From a virus (lineage: Duplodnaviria > Caudoviricetes), in IMG/VR virus record IMGVR_UViG_3300042312_000318, positions 1 through 54,646 of that record: a stretch of 54,646 nt of DNA. One strand, given 5' to 3'. Both the position numbers and the translations under genes were made by a program. Below the pieces are notes generated by a model that was given only the letters and a program-made list of their open reading frames with translations, made no database searches and had not been told where the DNA came from. Positions 38,266 to 47,582 of this stretch are shown here, one piece after another; within the stretch, counting starts at the first letter, position 1, and every line of letters starts with the position of its first letter.

Positions 38266-38650
38266 AAAACTCGTCACGCTTCTCACCCGCGCGAACCGCG
38301 TAAGGTTGCCCTTGATCATGACGATTGTCGTGGTCTGGGCGGCAGTGGAGGAGATCACCGGCTATCGCCTCATGTCCGTCATCGACCCTGCGGCTGGCGA
38401 GAACGTGCACCGCGCACTGGGCTGGGTTGCCATGGTGATCGTGCTGATCGCCTCAACGGTCATCAGCTATGCGCTGCAACCGAAGCCACCGAACGCCCGC
38501 CCCGCGGCACTGGCCGACTTCGACGTGCCGACGGCCGAAGAGGGCCGCCCGATCCCCGTGATCTTCGGCACCGTCTGGGTCAAGGGGCCGAACGTCCTCT
38601 GGTACGGCGACCTAAACACCATCCCTATCAAGTCGAAGTCCGGTAAATGA
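38249..38650 (+). CDS. Small tail protein
   Basis: PTAEEGRPIPVIFGT.....NVLWYGD. Confidence 0.75.
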   Translation: MSLFTRKLVTLLTRANRVRLPLIMTIVVVWAAVEEITGYRLMSVIDPAAGENVHRALGWVAMVIVLIASTVISYALQPKPPNARPAALADFDVPTAEEGRPIPVIFGTVWVKGPNVLWYGDLNTIPIKSKSGK

Positions 38651-38874
38651 CCGAGCCCGTCGTCCATCTTCGCCACGTCCGCATGATGCTGCGAAACGGC
38701 CGAAAGCCGCTATGCGCGGACGGCATCCTCGCGTGGTGCGAACGCCACGGCGTAGACATCGAACAGCTCGGCACGACTGGGATCCCAGGCGAGCGCGCGC
38801 TGGAGATCGGCGACGCTTTCTCGCTGCGCGCGCTTGAGTTTGCACGGCAGGAGGCGGCCGATGGGCAAGGGTAA
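38647..38874 (+). CDS. Small tail-module protein
   Basis: C..G..AW.ERHG.D.....GIP. Confidence 0.7.
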   Translation: MTEPVVHLRHVRMMLRNGRKPLCADGILAWCERHGVDIEQLGTTGIPGERALEIGDAFSLRALEFARQEAADGQG

Positions 38875-41383
38875 GAAATTCGTTTCGGGCTACTGGTACA
38901 AGCTGGGCATGCACCTCGGCATTTGCCACGGGCCAATCGACGAGATTAGCGAGATTCGCATTGGTGGGCGCATGGCTTGGGCCGGCTCGGTCACGACCAG
39001 CACGCAAATCGTCATTGATGCACTCAATCTCTTCGGCGGCAAAAAGCGCGAGGGCGGCGTGCAGGGCACGCTCGACGTGATGATGGGCGCCGCCGATCAG
39101 GCGCCGAACAGCTACCTCGCAACCGCGCAGGGTGCGGGCTCTCTGCAGCCTGCGTACCGTGGAATTCTGGGCCTTGTCTGGCGAGGCGGCATCGTCTCAG
39201 CGAACAATCCCTACGTCAAGCCGTGGTCGTTTCGCTGCAAGCGCATCACGGCCGGATGGGATGGTGCGGTGTGGTATCCGGCGAAGGCGGCCGTCGATGT
39301 CTCCGAGGTCGGCACCGGCGCGCTATTCGCAGCCAACCCCGCCCACATCATTTACGAGTGCCTGACAAATTCGGAGTGGGGGCTGGGCTATCCGGCCGGC
39401 ACCATCGATACCGTGTCGTTCACGTCGGCGGCCGACACCTTCCACGCGGAAGCCTTCGGCCTGTGTATACAGTGGTCGCGCCAGGAGAGCATCCAGAACT
39501 TTATACAGTTGGTGTGCGATCACGCGGGCGCCGCGTTAAGCCAAGATGTCCGCACGGGGCTCTGGCGGTTGCGCGCGATCCGCGACGACTACGACCTCGA
39601 AGAACTGCCGGTGTTCAGCGAGGAAAACGGCACGATCATGACTATGGAGAGCTTCGAGCGTGCGAGCCCGAGCGAGACGATCAATGAGCTGACAATCAAG
39701 TTTAGCGACATCCTGCTGGCTAAAAACGGTGCGGTGACCGTCCATCATCTGGCGAATATCACCTCGCAAGGCTACGTCGTCGCGCAGACGCAGGAATACC
39801 CGGGGATTCCTACGCACAAGATCGCCGCGCGCATCGCGGAGCGCGACATCCGCACGTTCGGCTCGACGATCGCCCGCGTGCGGTTTTACGCCACGCGCGC
39901 GGCTTACGGCCTGCTGCCGGGCGACGTGATCCGCTTCTCGTGGCCCAGGCTTGGCATCCAATCCATGGTCTTGCGCATCGGCAAGATCAACTACGGCACC
40001 CTGACCGAGGGGAGAATTGAGATTGAGGCGGTCGAAGACTCGTTCGGCCTGCCGCTGAATAGCTACCTTCAGCCGCCACCGCTCGGCTGGCAACCGCCCA
40101 ACACGACCCCGTCGCCGGCCGAGCACTACACCGCCTTTGAGATCCCTTACCGTGAGATCGCCGCGACCGAGGGCGCGGCCAATGCCGCGGCGCTGCCCAG
40201 TACTTCCGGCTACATTGCGGGCGTTGCACGAAAGCCGCCGGTGCTCAGCTTTTCTTTCGAGTTGCGCACAAAGATCGGGGCCGCGGCCTACGAGGAGCAG
40301 GGAGAGGGGCCATGGACGCCGACGGCAACGCTGGCCGCCAACCTATCGCGCACCGCGACCACGGTGCAACTGTCCAACGCGATCGATCTAGACCAAGTAG
40401 ACACGGGAACCGCCTGCCTGATCGGAACGGAGATCGTGCGAATCGATGCGGTCAATACGGGCACGAACACCATCACCGTCGGGCGCGGTTGCGCGGATAC
40501 CGTTCCGCAGGCCTGGGCGACCGGCACGCGCGTGTGGTTCTACGACAGCTGGGCGGTCCCGGATCAGACCGAGTACGTGCTGGGCGATGTCGTCGATGCG
40601 AAATTTGTGACGATCACCGGCACCGGCGAGCTGGCAGAGGGCTCGGCACCGACTTCAACGGTAACTCTCAATCGCCGGGCCGCGCGGCCGTACCCGCCGG
40701 GCCTTTTCCGCATCAATGGCGCAGCCTATCCGGCCACGGCATACGCGCGCCTTGCGCTGACTTGGGCGCACCGCGATCGGCTCGTACAGCAGGATGACTT
40801 GATCGACCAGGGCGCGGTTAGCATTGGCCCCGAGGCCGGCACGACCTACACCGTTCGAATCTACCAGCAGCCCTCGACGCTGCTGCACACGCAGACCGGC
40901 ATCACCGGCACGGCCTTGACCTACGAGCACGAGCTGAATGCAGACCTGCGCGTCGAGGTTGAGGCGGTTCGCGACGGCCTCGCAAGCTGGCAGATACAGA
41001 GCCACGTAATCACCTGCACGGGTGGAACCGTGGTCGTCAACGGCTCATTCGCCGCGGACACGGACTGGACCAAGGGCACGAGATGGACGATCGCGGCCGG
41101 CGTCGCCACGAAGGCCGCAGGCACCGCCAGCGACCTATCGCAGGCGGTCGCATTCGTCGCCGGCGGTGTCTACCTCGTCGAGTTCACGGTGAGCGGCTAC
41201 AGCGCGGGCACGGTGCTTGCGCGCTTCGTCGGCGGTGCGCCGGTCAGCGGGGGCGCGCGCAGCGCGAACGGGACTTACACCCAGGAGCTCACCGCGGCCA
41301 GCGGCAACAATGCCCTGCACTTCGTGGCCGACTCAGCATTTGCAGGGAGCATCGACGCGGTGCGCGTGCGTCGCGTCGCGTGA
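38861..41383 (+). CDS. Tail tip/host-specificity protein with C-terminal CBM-like domain
   Basis: NPAHIIYECLT, LPGDV, RGCADTVP; VVNGSF..DTDW. Confidence 0.8.
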   Translation: MGKGKKFVSGYWYKLGMHLGICHGPIDEISEIRIGGRMAWAGSVTTSTQIVIDALNLFGGKKREGGVQGTLDVMMGAADQAPNSYLATAQGAGSLQPAYRGILGLVWRGGIVSANNPYVKPWSFRCKRITAGWDGAVWYPAKAAVDVSEVGTGALFAANPAHIIYECLTNSEWGLGYPAGTIDTVSFTSAADTFHAEAFGLCIQWSRQESIQNFIQLVCDHAGAALSQDVRTGLWRLRAIRDDYDLEELPVFSEENGTIMTMESFERASPSETINELTIKFSDILLAKNGAVTVHHLANITSQGYVVAQTQEYPGIPTHKIAARIAERDIRTFGSTIARVRFYATRAAYGLLPGDVIRFSWPRLGIQSMVLRIGKINYGTLTEGRIEIEAVEDSFGLPLNSYLQPPPLGWQPPNTTPSPAEHYTAFEIPYREIAATEGAANAAALPSTSGYIAGVARKPPVLSFSFELRTKIGAAAYEEQGEGPWTPTATLAANLSRTATTVQLSNAIDLDQVDTGTACLIGTEIVRIDAVNTGTNTITVGRGCADTVPQAWATGTRVWFYDSWAVPDQTEYVLGDVVDAKFVTITGTGELAEGSAPTSTVTLNRRAARPYPPGLFRINGAAYPATAYARLALTWAHRDRLVQQDDLIDQGAVSIGPEAGTTYTVRIYQQPSTLLHTQTGITGTALTYEHELNADLRVEVEAVRDGLASWQIQSHVITCTGGTVVVNGSFAADTDWTKGTRWTIAAGVATKAAGTASDLSQAVAFVAGGVYLVEFTVSGYSAGTVLARFVGGAPVSGGARSANGTYTQELTAASGNNALHFVADSAFAGSIDAVRVRRVA

Positions 41384-41705
41384 GGCCAAGAACGGCGAAC
41401 CGCGCGACGTGCCGCTATCGCCCCGGGCGCAGGAGGCCCTGCGGGCGATTCCCCGGCGCCTTGACGGTCTCGTGGTCGGGTTGACGGGCGACGGCCTCAC
41501 GCAGGCCTGGGCGCGCGCGTGTGCCGCCGCCGGCGTCACTGGGCTGCGCCTGCACGACGTGAGGCATGAGGCGATCAGCCGGCTATTCGAGCGCGGCTGG
41601 AGCGTGTCCGAGGTCGCGGCAGTCAGCGGTCACCGCACATGGACCCAACTCCGGCGCTACACGCAACTGCGCGCCGAGTCGCTGGCGCGCAAGCTGGCCG
41701 CTTGA
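41380..41705 (+). pseudogene. C-terminal remnant of a tyrosine recombinase/integrase
   Basis: KNG..RDVPL, HDVRHEAISRLFE, SGH.....L.RY; N-terminal domains and first catalytic Arg absent. Confidence 0.85.
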
Positions 41706-41771
41706 CTGTCGGCGATGCCGCGGGCATATTGATCCGGCGCCGCCCCCTTCGGCGTGTCCCGTGCAGTACCG

Positions 41772-41805
41772 CGCCCCCGGCTCCCCACCGGGGGCGTTTT
41801 CATTT
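41772..41805 (+). terminator. Rho-independent terminator
   Basis: CGCCCCCGG..CCGGGGGCG then TTTTCATTT. Confidence 0.75.
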
Positions 41806-41988
41806 GACCCCACGCTTGACGGCGATAGGATGCTGGCGGAATACTTGGCGCGCGGTAAGCCCCCAAGAATCGGCGAAGCGTCTGCAGCGCGAGGTCGGGA
41901 GATACGGGGCGCCTCGGTCGAAACGCGGGTCGCTCCCGCGCAGCCTAGCCCGACGCGGTCGCCCGTTGCGAAATACGGTCGAGAATTC

Positions 41989-42064
41989 AGCGAGTGTGGA
42001 GCACCGGCAGCTTGCCAGGCTCATAACCTGGAGGGACGGGGTTCGATTCCCTGCCTCGCTACCA
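41989..42064 (+). tRNA. tRNA with CAT anticodon (Met or Ile2)
   Basis: CCAGG-CTCATAA-CCTGG, GGTTCGATTCC, ACCA end; one extra nt in the acceptor stem. Confidence 0.85.
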
Positions 42065-42148
42065 AACGTGATGCGTCTGCGGCTTGAAACCGTTGACTGC
42101 CGGGGATGGGTAGGTGCCCGCCGGCGACGCACCTTGGCGCATTACTGA

Positions 42149-42178
42149 GCCCCGGGCACCCTCGGGGCGTTTTCATTT
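42149..42178 (+). terminator. Rho-independent terminator
   Basis: GCCCCG..CGGGGC then GTTTTCATTT. Confidence 0.7.
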
Positions 42179-42694
42179 CGGCCGGCGCCACCATCGGATC
42201 ACCGCCCAGCCGGTCACCGCGCCGCCCAGGTGCGCAAATTGCGCGACGCCCGGCTGCAGGGTCGCGACGATCAGCAGCAGCGCGATCGCCGCGAAGACCA
42301 GCCGGCGCAGTGGCCGAACCGGATGCAACGTGCCGTAGGCGATCAGCAGGCCGAACGCGCCACCGGACGCGCCGACGACCGGGTGAGTCGAGAGCGCGGC
42401 ATGCGCGAGGCCCCCGCCAGCCACGCAGGCGAGGAAATACTGCGCGAGGCGACGCGCTCCGATCGCGCGCTCCAGCGGCGCGCCGAGGGCGGCAATCGTC
42501 AACAGGTTCGGCGCCAAGTGTGCGAGGTTGACGTGCAGGAGGGCGTAGGTCAGCAGTTGCCACGGCATAAAGCCGGAGCCGGTCTCGCCTAGCGGCCACA
42601 GCATCAGCCGCTCGGTCGGCAGCGCGCGCTGCGCGGTAAAGGCCACCGCGATGACGATCAGCATCGTCGTAGTGGCTCTGCCCGCGGCTCTCAA
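42173..42694 (-). CDS. Rhomboid-family intramembrane serine protease
   Basis: PWQLLTYALLH...HL..N, GASG (catalytic Ser), AHLGG (catalytic His); start is TTG 42694 or ATG 42664. Confidence 0.9.
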   Translation of the reverse strand: MRAAGRATTTMLIVIAVAFTAQRALPTERLMLWPLGETGSGFMPWQLLTYALLHVNLAHLAPNLLTIAALGAPLERAIGARRLAQYFLACVAGGGLAHAALSTHPVVGASGGAFGLLIAYGTLHPVRPLRRLVFAAIALLLIVATLQPGVAQFAHLGGAVTGWAVIRWWRRPK

Positions 42695-43809
42695 ACGATC
42701 ACCGTGACGCGCTCGGATGCGCGCGTGATCCCGGTATACAGGTGCTTCTCGCGGTCTTCGCGGAACACCTGCGACTCGTCGAACAGGATCACGTCGTTCC
42801 ACTGCGAGCCCTGCGACTTATGCACGGTCAGCGCGTGGCCAAACGTGAACTGATCCGTCCCCCTGAGGTCGTCCCATTCCAGCTTCTTTTCTTCGCCGGT
42901 GAAAAACTCCTCGCGCACGACCACGTCGGTCTGCGGTATGGTTAGGTCGTCGATCGAATTTACTCGCATCTCAATGCGCGCGCCATTGGCCTTGACCTGC
43001 GTCGCCTCCCACAGCGAGCCATTCAGGACACCGTTTAGGCGGTTGTTCCGCAGACACACCAGACGCTCGCCCTTGACGGGGTGATGCGGCGCCGCGGTGC
43101 CAGCGTGGCCGCGCAGATGGCGAATCCGCGCGTTGTACGTCTGCCGCGTCATGTTCCGGCCGCACAGCAGTTGGTCGGCGCCCAGCACCAGCTCGCGCAT
43201 CTCGTCGCGGCCGATGCTGTCGCGCCGGATCACTCGGCTTTTGCCGTAGTCGCCGACTTGCAGTCCCCGCCCCTCGCGCACGTCCATGCTCATGCGGATG
43301 ATCGGATTCTCTGCCGCCTGCCGGTGCACCTCGGTCAGCATGACATCGGGGAAAGAGTTTATGAAATACCCTTCGCCCTTCACCGGCGGCAGCTGCGCAG
43401 GGTCGCCCAGCACCAGCACCCGCTTACGGAACGACAGCAGATCGGTAGCCAGATCCTCGCCGACCATCGACACCTCGTCGATGATAAGCAGGTCTGCGAA
43501 CGCGGCCGCGCTCTCGCGGTTCAGTACAAACTTCGTTTTCCTGGTCTCGGGGTCTTCGCGCGGCGTGTAGATCAGGCTGTGGATTGTTGACGCGCCCTCG
43601 CAACCCTTCGTGCGCAGAACCTGGGCGGCCTTTCCGGTGAAGCACGCATAGAGCACCGTACCCCTGACGCCGGCGGCGAGTTCCTTCGCGAGCGTTGTTT
43701 TGCCGGTCCCGGCATATCCGAACAGTCGGAACACCTGCGGCCCTTTCTTATTGGCCAGCCAGTCGCGCACGGCCTTGATTGCTTCCTCCTGTTGCGGGCT
43801 CCAAGTCAT
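42691..43809 (-). CDS. RecD/Dda-like SF1 helicase
   Basis: GYAGTGKT, IIDEVSM, GDPAQLPPV, TVHKSQGS, LYTGITRA. Confidence 0.92.
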   Translation of the reverse strand: MTWSPQQEEAIKAVRDWLANKKGPQVFRLFGYAGTGKTTLAKELAAGVRGTVLYACFTGKAAQVLRTKGCEGASTIHSLIYTPREDPETRKTKFVLNRESAAAFADLLIIDEVSMVGEDLATDLLSFRKRVLVLGDPAQLPPVKGEGYFINSFPDVMLTEVHRQAAENPIIRMSMDVREGRGLQVGDYGKSRVIRRDSIGRDEMRELVLGADQLLCGRNMTRQTYNARIRHLRGHAGTAAPHHPVKGERLVCLRNNRLNGVLNGSLWEATQVKANGARIEMRVNSIDDLTIPQTDVVVREEFFTGEEKKLEWDDLRGTDQFTFGHALTVHKSQGSQWNDVILFDESQVFREDREKHLYTGITRASERVTVIV

Positions 43810-43976
43810 GGGCTTCGGTTCTCCGAGGCGACATGCGTCACGCCGACGAGCGAAACGCGATCAAGCATCGCCTCCCATAGCCCGCGCTCTGCGTCGTTCG
43901 GCGCCAGTCGCAAACCTTCACGTATCGCAGCTTCGGCGGCGTCGCAGGCCTTGATGTACTGATTCGTCGCGCTCAT
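43806..43976 (-). CDS. 56-aa hypothetical protein
   Basis: ATGA-coupled on both sides (manual translation). Confidence 0.5.
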   Translation of the reverse strand: MSATNQYIKACDAAEAAIREGLRLAPNDAERGLWEAMLDRVSLVGVTHVASENRSP

Positions 43977-45475
43977 CGCTCCCCCTTGCCGGCTAGATGC
44001 CGGGCGTCGTCCACGATCGCGGCCAGAGGCTCAGTCGCGCGCGTCTCGTCCAAGCCGAGAGCCTCCAGCATGCGTTCGCTGCGACCCGTGGTGAGTTGGC
44101 CAAACAGGTCGGAAACAAAACGCCAGCGATTGGCATTGGCTAGGGTCTGCGCATCCGCTGGCGGCGCTCCGGCGTAGAGCGGAACGTCATGACCTCGGTC
44201 TCCAGCACAGACGCCGGCGGCTGCTCCTGTCTTTCCAGAGTTGGCACGCAAAAAGTCAAATTCCCGGCGACTCACCCACGCCACCGCCTCCCCGCTGCTA
44301 GCGGTCAAGATCACCCCGCCGATACGCTCCTTAATCCCTTCGATCGCGGCCTCGGCGTCGTCAAGGTACAAGCGATACCAGCGGGAATTCCCTTGGCGCA
44401 CCTGGCTAATCGCTTTTGCGGCGGACAGCGCTAGATCGGATTGTTCCACCGCCCCGCTGCCGGCGGGAGCGGCCATGGCGAGCTTTTGTTCCATCGCCAT
44501 GAAGGTCACGACCAAAGATTTCAGCAGGTCTTCGGGGCCGCCCCCTTCGCAGACGCGAATCGCATGCGGGCTGCGGTCAAGCAAGCAACGCGCATTCGCT
44601 TCCCAGCCATTGTCATCCGCCCCGCCCTCGGCGGCCTTGGGCTGCGCAATGTCTGAGAATCGCCGATCCACTGAGCGCTGCCACTTCGGCTTTGAATAGC
44701 CCATGCGCATAGCCCAATGTTCGGGGATAGAGCGCTTTCCGGTTAGAACACCAGAGACGTAGGCAGGGCTGACCTTGTACTCTTTCGCAAGTTCGGCCTG
44801 AGAGCCAAGAATCTTTGCATACGCCTTAAGATCGGCGATGACATCGGCGTCCGAATACTCTCGATCATCCACCCCCTCCTTGGCGTTGGCCTCTGGCCGC
44901 TCGCTTGCGTCGATGCCGGCGTATCCTAGCTTCCTGAGCTCGGTCTCGGCTCGCTGCGCGCGACGCTTCCATTCAAGCGGGTCTTCGCGTGCTCCCGCGT
45001 AGGCGTCGCGCATGTCCGCACCGGCGGCTTCGGGCTTGGGCTGCGCATGCCGGAACTGCAAAGATTCGTCACGATTATTTTCGCGAAAGTATTGGTCGGT
45101 GCATTGTTGCCACTGGGTCCACGCACCATCGCCGCTACACCATCGCCGCACTTCGTATGTTGCATCAGCCCCCGCGGTTTCGGGCTGCGCGTGCCAAGCC
45201 CCGCACGAACATGGGACTCCGCCATTCGGGGCATCACAGGGTTCCGTCGCTCCGTTGCTGTCCGGGTTGTGGGCGACCGCCTCCGCCTTGGCCTCGGGCT
45301 GCGTTCCGTATTGGCATACTTCTTCCGTTTCGCAATCGCACTCGGGGTATCGGTCTCGGCCATCGCGCGGCGCACCGCAGGCCATCTTGCTGTCCAAATG
45401 CTGCGCCGGATTCTCCGGGCACGGATGTTGCAAAGACCTATCACCGCCCGGGCATGTGCAGTTGTTTGTGGTCAT
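43973..45475 (-). CDS. Mosaic hypothetical protein with an internal Xre HTH
   Basis: SQAELAKEYKVSPAYVS.VL.GKR; repeated QP linkers. Confidence 0.65.
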   Translation of the reverse strand: MTTNNCTCPGGDRSLQHPCPENPAQHLDSKMACGAPRDGRDRYPECDCETEEVCQYGTQPEAKAEAVAHNPDSNGATEPCDAPNGGVPCSCGAWHAQPETAGADATYEVRRWCSGDGAWTQWQQCTDQYFRENNRDESLQFRHAQPKPEAAGADMRDAYAGAREDPLEWKRRAQRAETELRKLGYAGIDASERPEANAKEGVDDREYSDADVIADLKAYAKILGSQAELAKEYKVSPAYVSGVLTGKRSIPEHWAMRMGYSKPKWQRSVDRRFSDIAQPKAAEGGADDNGWEANARCLLDRSPHAIRVCEGGGPEDLLKSLVVTFMAMEQKLAMAAPAGSGAVEQSDLALSAAKAISQVRQGNSRWYRLYLDDAEAAIEGIKERIGGVILTASSGEAVAWVSRREFDFLRANSGKTGAAAGVCAGDRGHDVPLYAGAPPADAQTLANANRWRFVSDLFGQLTTGRSERMLEALGLDETRATEPLAAIVDDARHLAGKGER

Positions 45476-45632
45476 TGTCTCTTACCCTTGCGTTTAACCG
45501 GCCGGCTAGCGGCGCTGTGCCATCGAGTGATGGCGGTGTTTGCGATTACAAACTGCACACGAAACCAAAAAAAATAACGAGCTGCTCTGCGCCAAGCCGC
45601 ACGCGCCATCTGTGGTTTCTTGCTTCGAAGTC

Positions 45633-46766
45633 TCATGAATCACCGCCTGTCGAATTGTCCTTGGCGTGCCGACCATCGACGTTACGCAGGATGTCCGCCC
45701 GACCGCGAAGGGAATCGGCGACCCCAGCGGCGAAGTTCCCGGCGCGCGTGTCTCGCTCGATCAGCTCAGAGGCGATGCGGTCTAAAAAGTCTGGAAGAGA
45801 TTCCGGGCCGGGCTGCGGCTCCGCGTTACTTAGCGGCGCATCGGCCGCAGTAAGTAACGGCTGCGGCGAGGCGCGCACAGGCTGCCCGTGGACAGCGCCC
45901 GGCGGCTTGGAGTCATGGCAGCGGGGGCACGTTGCCCGTCTGTCGTGATTCACAGGGCACAAGTTGAGCCAGACCTCCGGCGCATCCTGTGCAACAGCCG
46001 ATGAATCCTTGGCAGCTGCGGGCTGCGGCGCGGCGGCGAGCATAAGGAACGCCTGAAGTGCCTTCCATTCGTGGTTTCTGTGGCCGCTTTCGACGTAGGT
46101 GCGATACAGGCCGCTGTGCTTGCGCTTTTCGTACTCGACGCGCTCTTTGGCAGCCTCATAGCTGAGGTACGCATCGACAAACTGCCACCTTGCCCTGTAC
46201 TCGATGCGCTCAAATCGCTCGGGTAGTGCCCAGCCGCGGCCTGATCGTCGCTCCAGCCTTGCGGCCTTACGCTCCTCGACTTCCTCGCCGTCTTCAACCC
46301 ATATGAAACCATCGCCCTCGCCGTCTTGCACGCGATAGATGCGATCCTCGCGCTGCACGGTGTAGATCGGGTCCGCCGTGAAGTGATCATTCTGCATTCG
46401 ATCTGCGATCAAGCGCCGACCGATTTCGATCAGCCCCTCCGGCACCGCCACAGCCGCAGCAGCGCGGGCGTCGCCGTAGGTGCGGAGTGAGTCGCGGCTG
46501 TAAAGGTAAGTAATTTCGGGGTATTGATCGAGGCCATGCGGGTCTGCCCCTTGGGCAAACAAGTTGAAGTCTTCTTCCTCGCTATCATAGAACCCGAACG
46601 GTTCCGGCAGCCCCACCTCGCCACCCGGCGCGGGCTGCGCGGCGAGGGCGTCCTCGATCTCTCGCGCAAGCTCCAACGGTTCATTGCTGCCGTCGTCGTC
46701 GTATTTCGCGCCCTCGTCTTGCAGGTACGGGATCGCCTTTTTCAGCAGTTCGCGCAGGTCAGTCAT
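45633..46766 (-). CDS. Mosaic hypothetical protein (Ead/Ea22-like style)
   Basis: TADPIY.VQ...YVESG.RN.E module; AAPQP linkers. Confidence 0.65.
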   Translation of the reverse strand: MTDLRELLKKAIPYLQDEGAKYDDDGSNEPLELAREIEDALAAQPAPGGEVGLPEPFGFYDSEEEDFNLFAQGADPHGLDQYPEITYLYSRDSLRTYGDARAAAAVAVPEGLIEIGRRLIADRMQNDHFTADPIYTVQREDRIYRVQDGEGDGFIWVEDGEEVEERKAARLERRSGRGWALPERFERIEYRARWQFVDAYLSYEAAKERVEYEKRKHSGLYRTYVESGHRNHEWKALQAFLMLAAAPQPAAAKDSSAVAQDAPEVWLNLCPVNHDRRATCPRCHDSKPPGAVHGQPVRASPQPLLTAADAPLSNAEPQPGPESLPDFLDRIASELIERDTRAGNFAAGVADSLRGRADILRNVDGRHAKDNSTGGDS

Positions 46767-47130
46767 GGTGAGGTTCCTTCGAAAGTTCCCTCGTCAATCG
46801 GTCAATCTCGTCCAACTTCCGCTGCCTCTCGGCCTTGGATGCCGCGTCCTTCCGTTCTTGCGCGCACTCTCGCGCTGCGGCGACAGGGTCATCTGCCGTC
46901 CAAACTTTCAGAGGGATGCGTGTCTCATGCTCGTAGGGACCACCGCTGCGGTGGTGCGTGTGCCGGATCGTGAAGAACCCAGCAGGCCACCTTTCGATGC
47001 TGTCGATGCAGTAGACGCCGCCGAAATGCTCTGCAATCGGTAGGATCGCTGCGCGCATTGCGTCATGTGCGCCTTCCGTGATCTCGACCATGCGCTCCCA
47101 GCGTTCGACTTTCTTGATGTGGTTAGCCAT
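46759..47130 (-). CDS. Hypothetical protein
   Basis: Overlap-coupled. Confidence 0.6.
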   Translation of the reverse strand: MANHIKKVERWERMVEITEGAHDAMRAAILPIAEHFGGVYCIDSIERWPAGFFTIRHTHHRSGGPYEHETRIPLKVWTADDPVAAARECAQERKDAASKAERQRKLDEIDRLTRELSKEPHHD

Positions 47131-47530
47131 GGCTTTCGGCCTCCGTGCTGGTCGGGTTCAGGGCGGCGGTGAGTGCGGCTTGGGCATCGCCCTTGTGCAT
47201 TTGCCACTGCACACAAAAAGTGCCGTCTGGATTCTTGGACCTGGTCATGGTGCCGGAGTAGTAGACGGGGGCGTCTGGATTCCAGCCGTTTGCTATGCAA
47301 ATTCCGCGAGCACCACGCTCCACCCTCGCCTCATCCACCTGCGGGCGCAACTGGCGGGCAAAGTCTGTGAGTTCTTGGGCGGTGAATGCGTACAACGGCG
47401 CGCCGAGATTGATTTTTCCCTCGGGATAAAAGATGCCGACTTTTGCGGCCAACGCCTCTACGCTGGTCTGGGCTGTGGGCTCGTCGGCCTTGCTTTCAGC
47501 GGCGATCGTGGTGAGGCGTTCGATGTGCAT
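47123..47530 (-). CDS. Hypothetical protein
   Basis: GGAG RBS. Confidence 0.6.
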   Translation of the reverse strand: MHIERLTTIAAESKADEPTAQTSVEALAAKVGIFYPEGKINLGAPLYAFTAQELTDFARQLRPQVDEARVERGARGICIANGWNPDAPVYYSGTMTRSKNPDGTFCVQWQMHKGDAQAALTAALNPTSTEAESHG

Positions 47531-47582
47531 TGTGTTCTCCGGGATGGGGTGCCCCGGCGGGAAACGGGGCGGCGGGGATGTG

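Noticed and set aside
33202-41705. Shufflon or DGR acting on tail genes
   Set aside because: The recombinase is a fragment; I saw no inverted crossover repeats, alternative C-termini, reverse transcriptase or TR/VR pair
41989-42064. tRNA 3' end as attP
   Set aside because: It is a full-length tRNA with its own promoter, has no second copy in the window, and cannot be tested without the host genome
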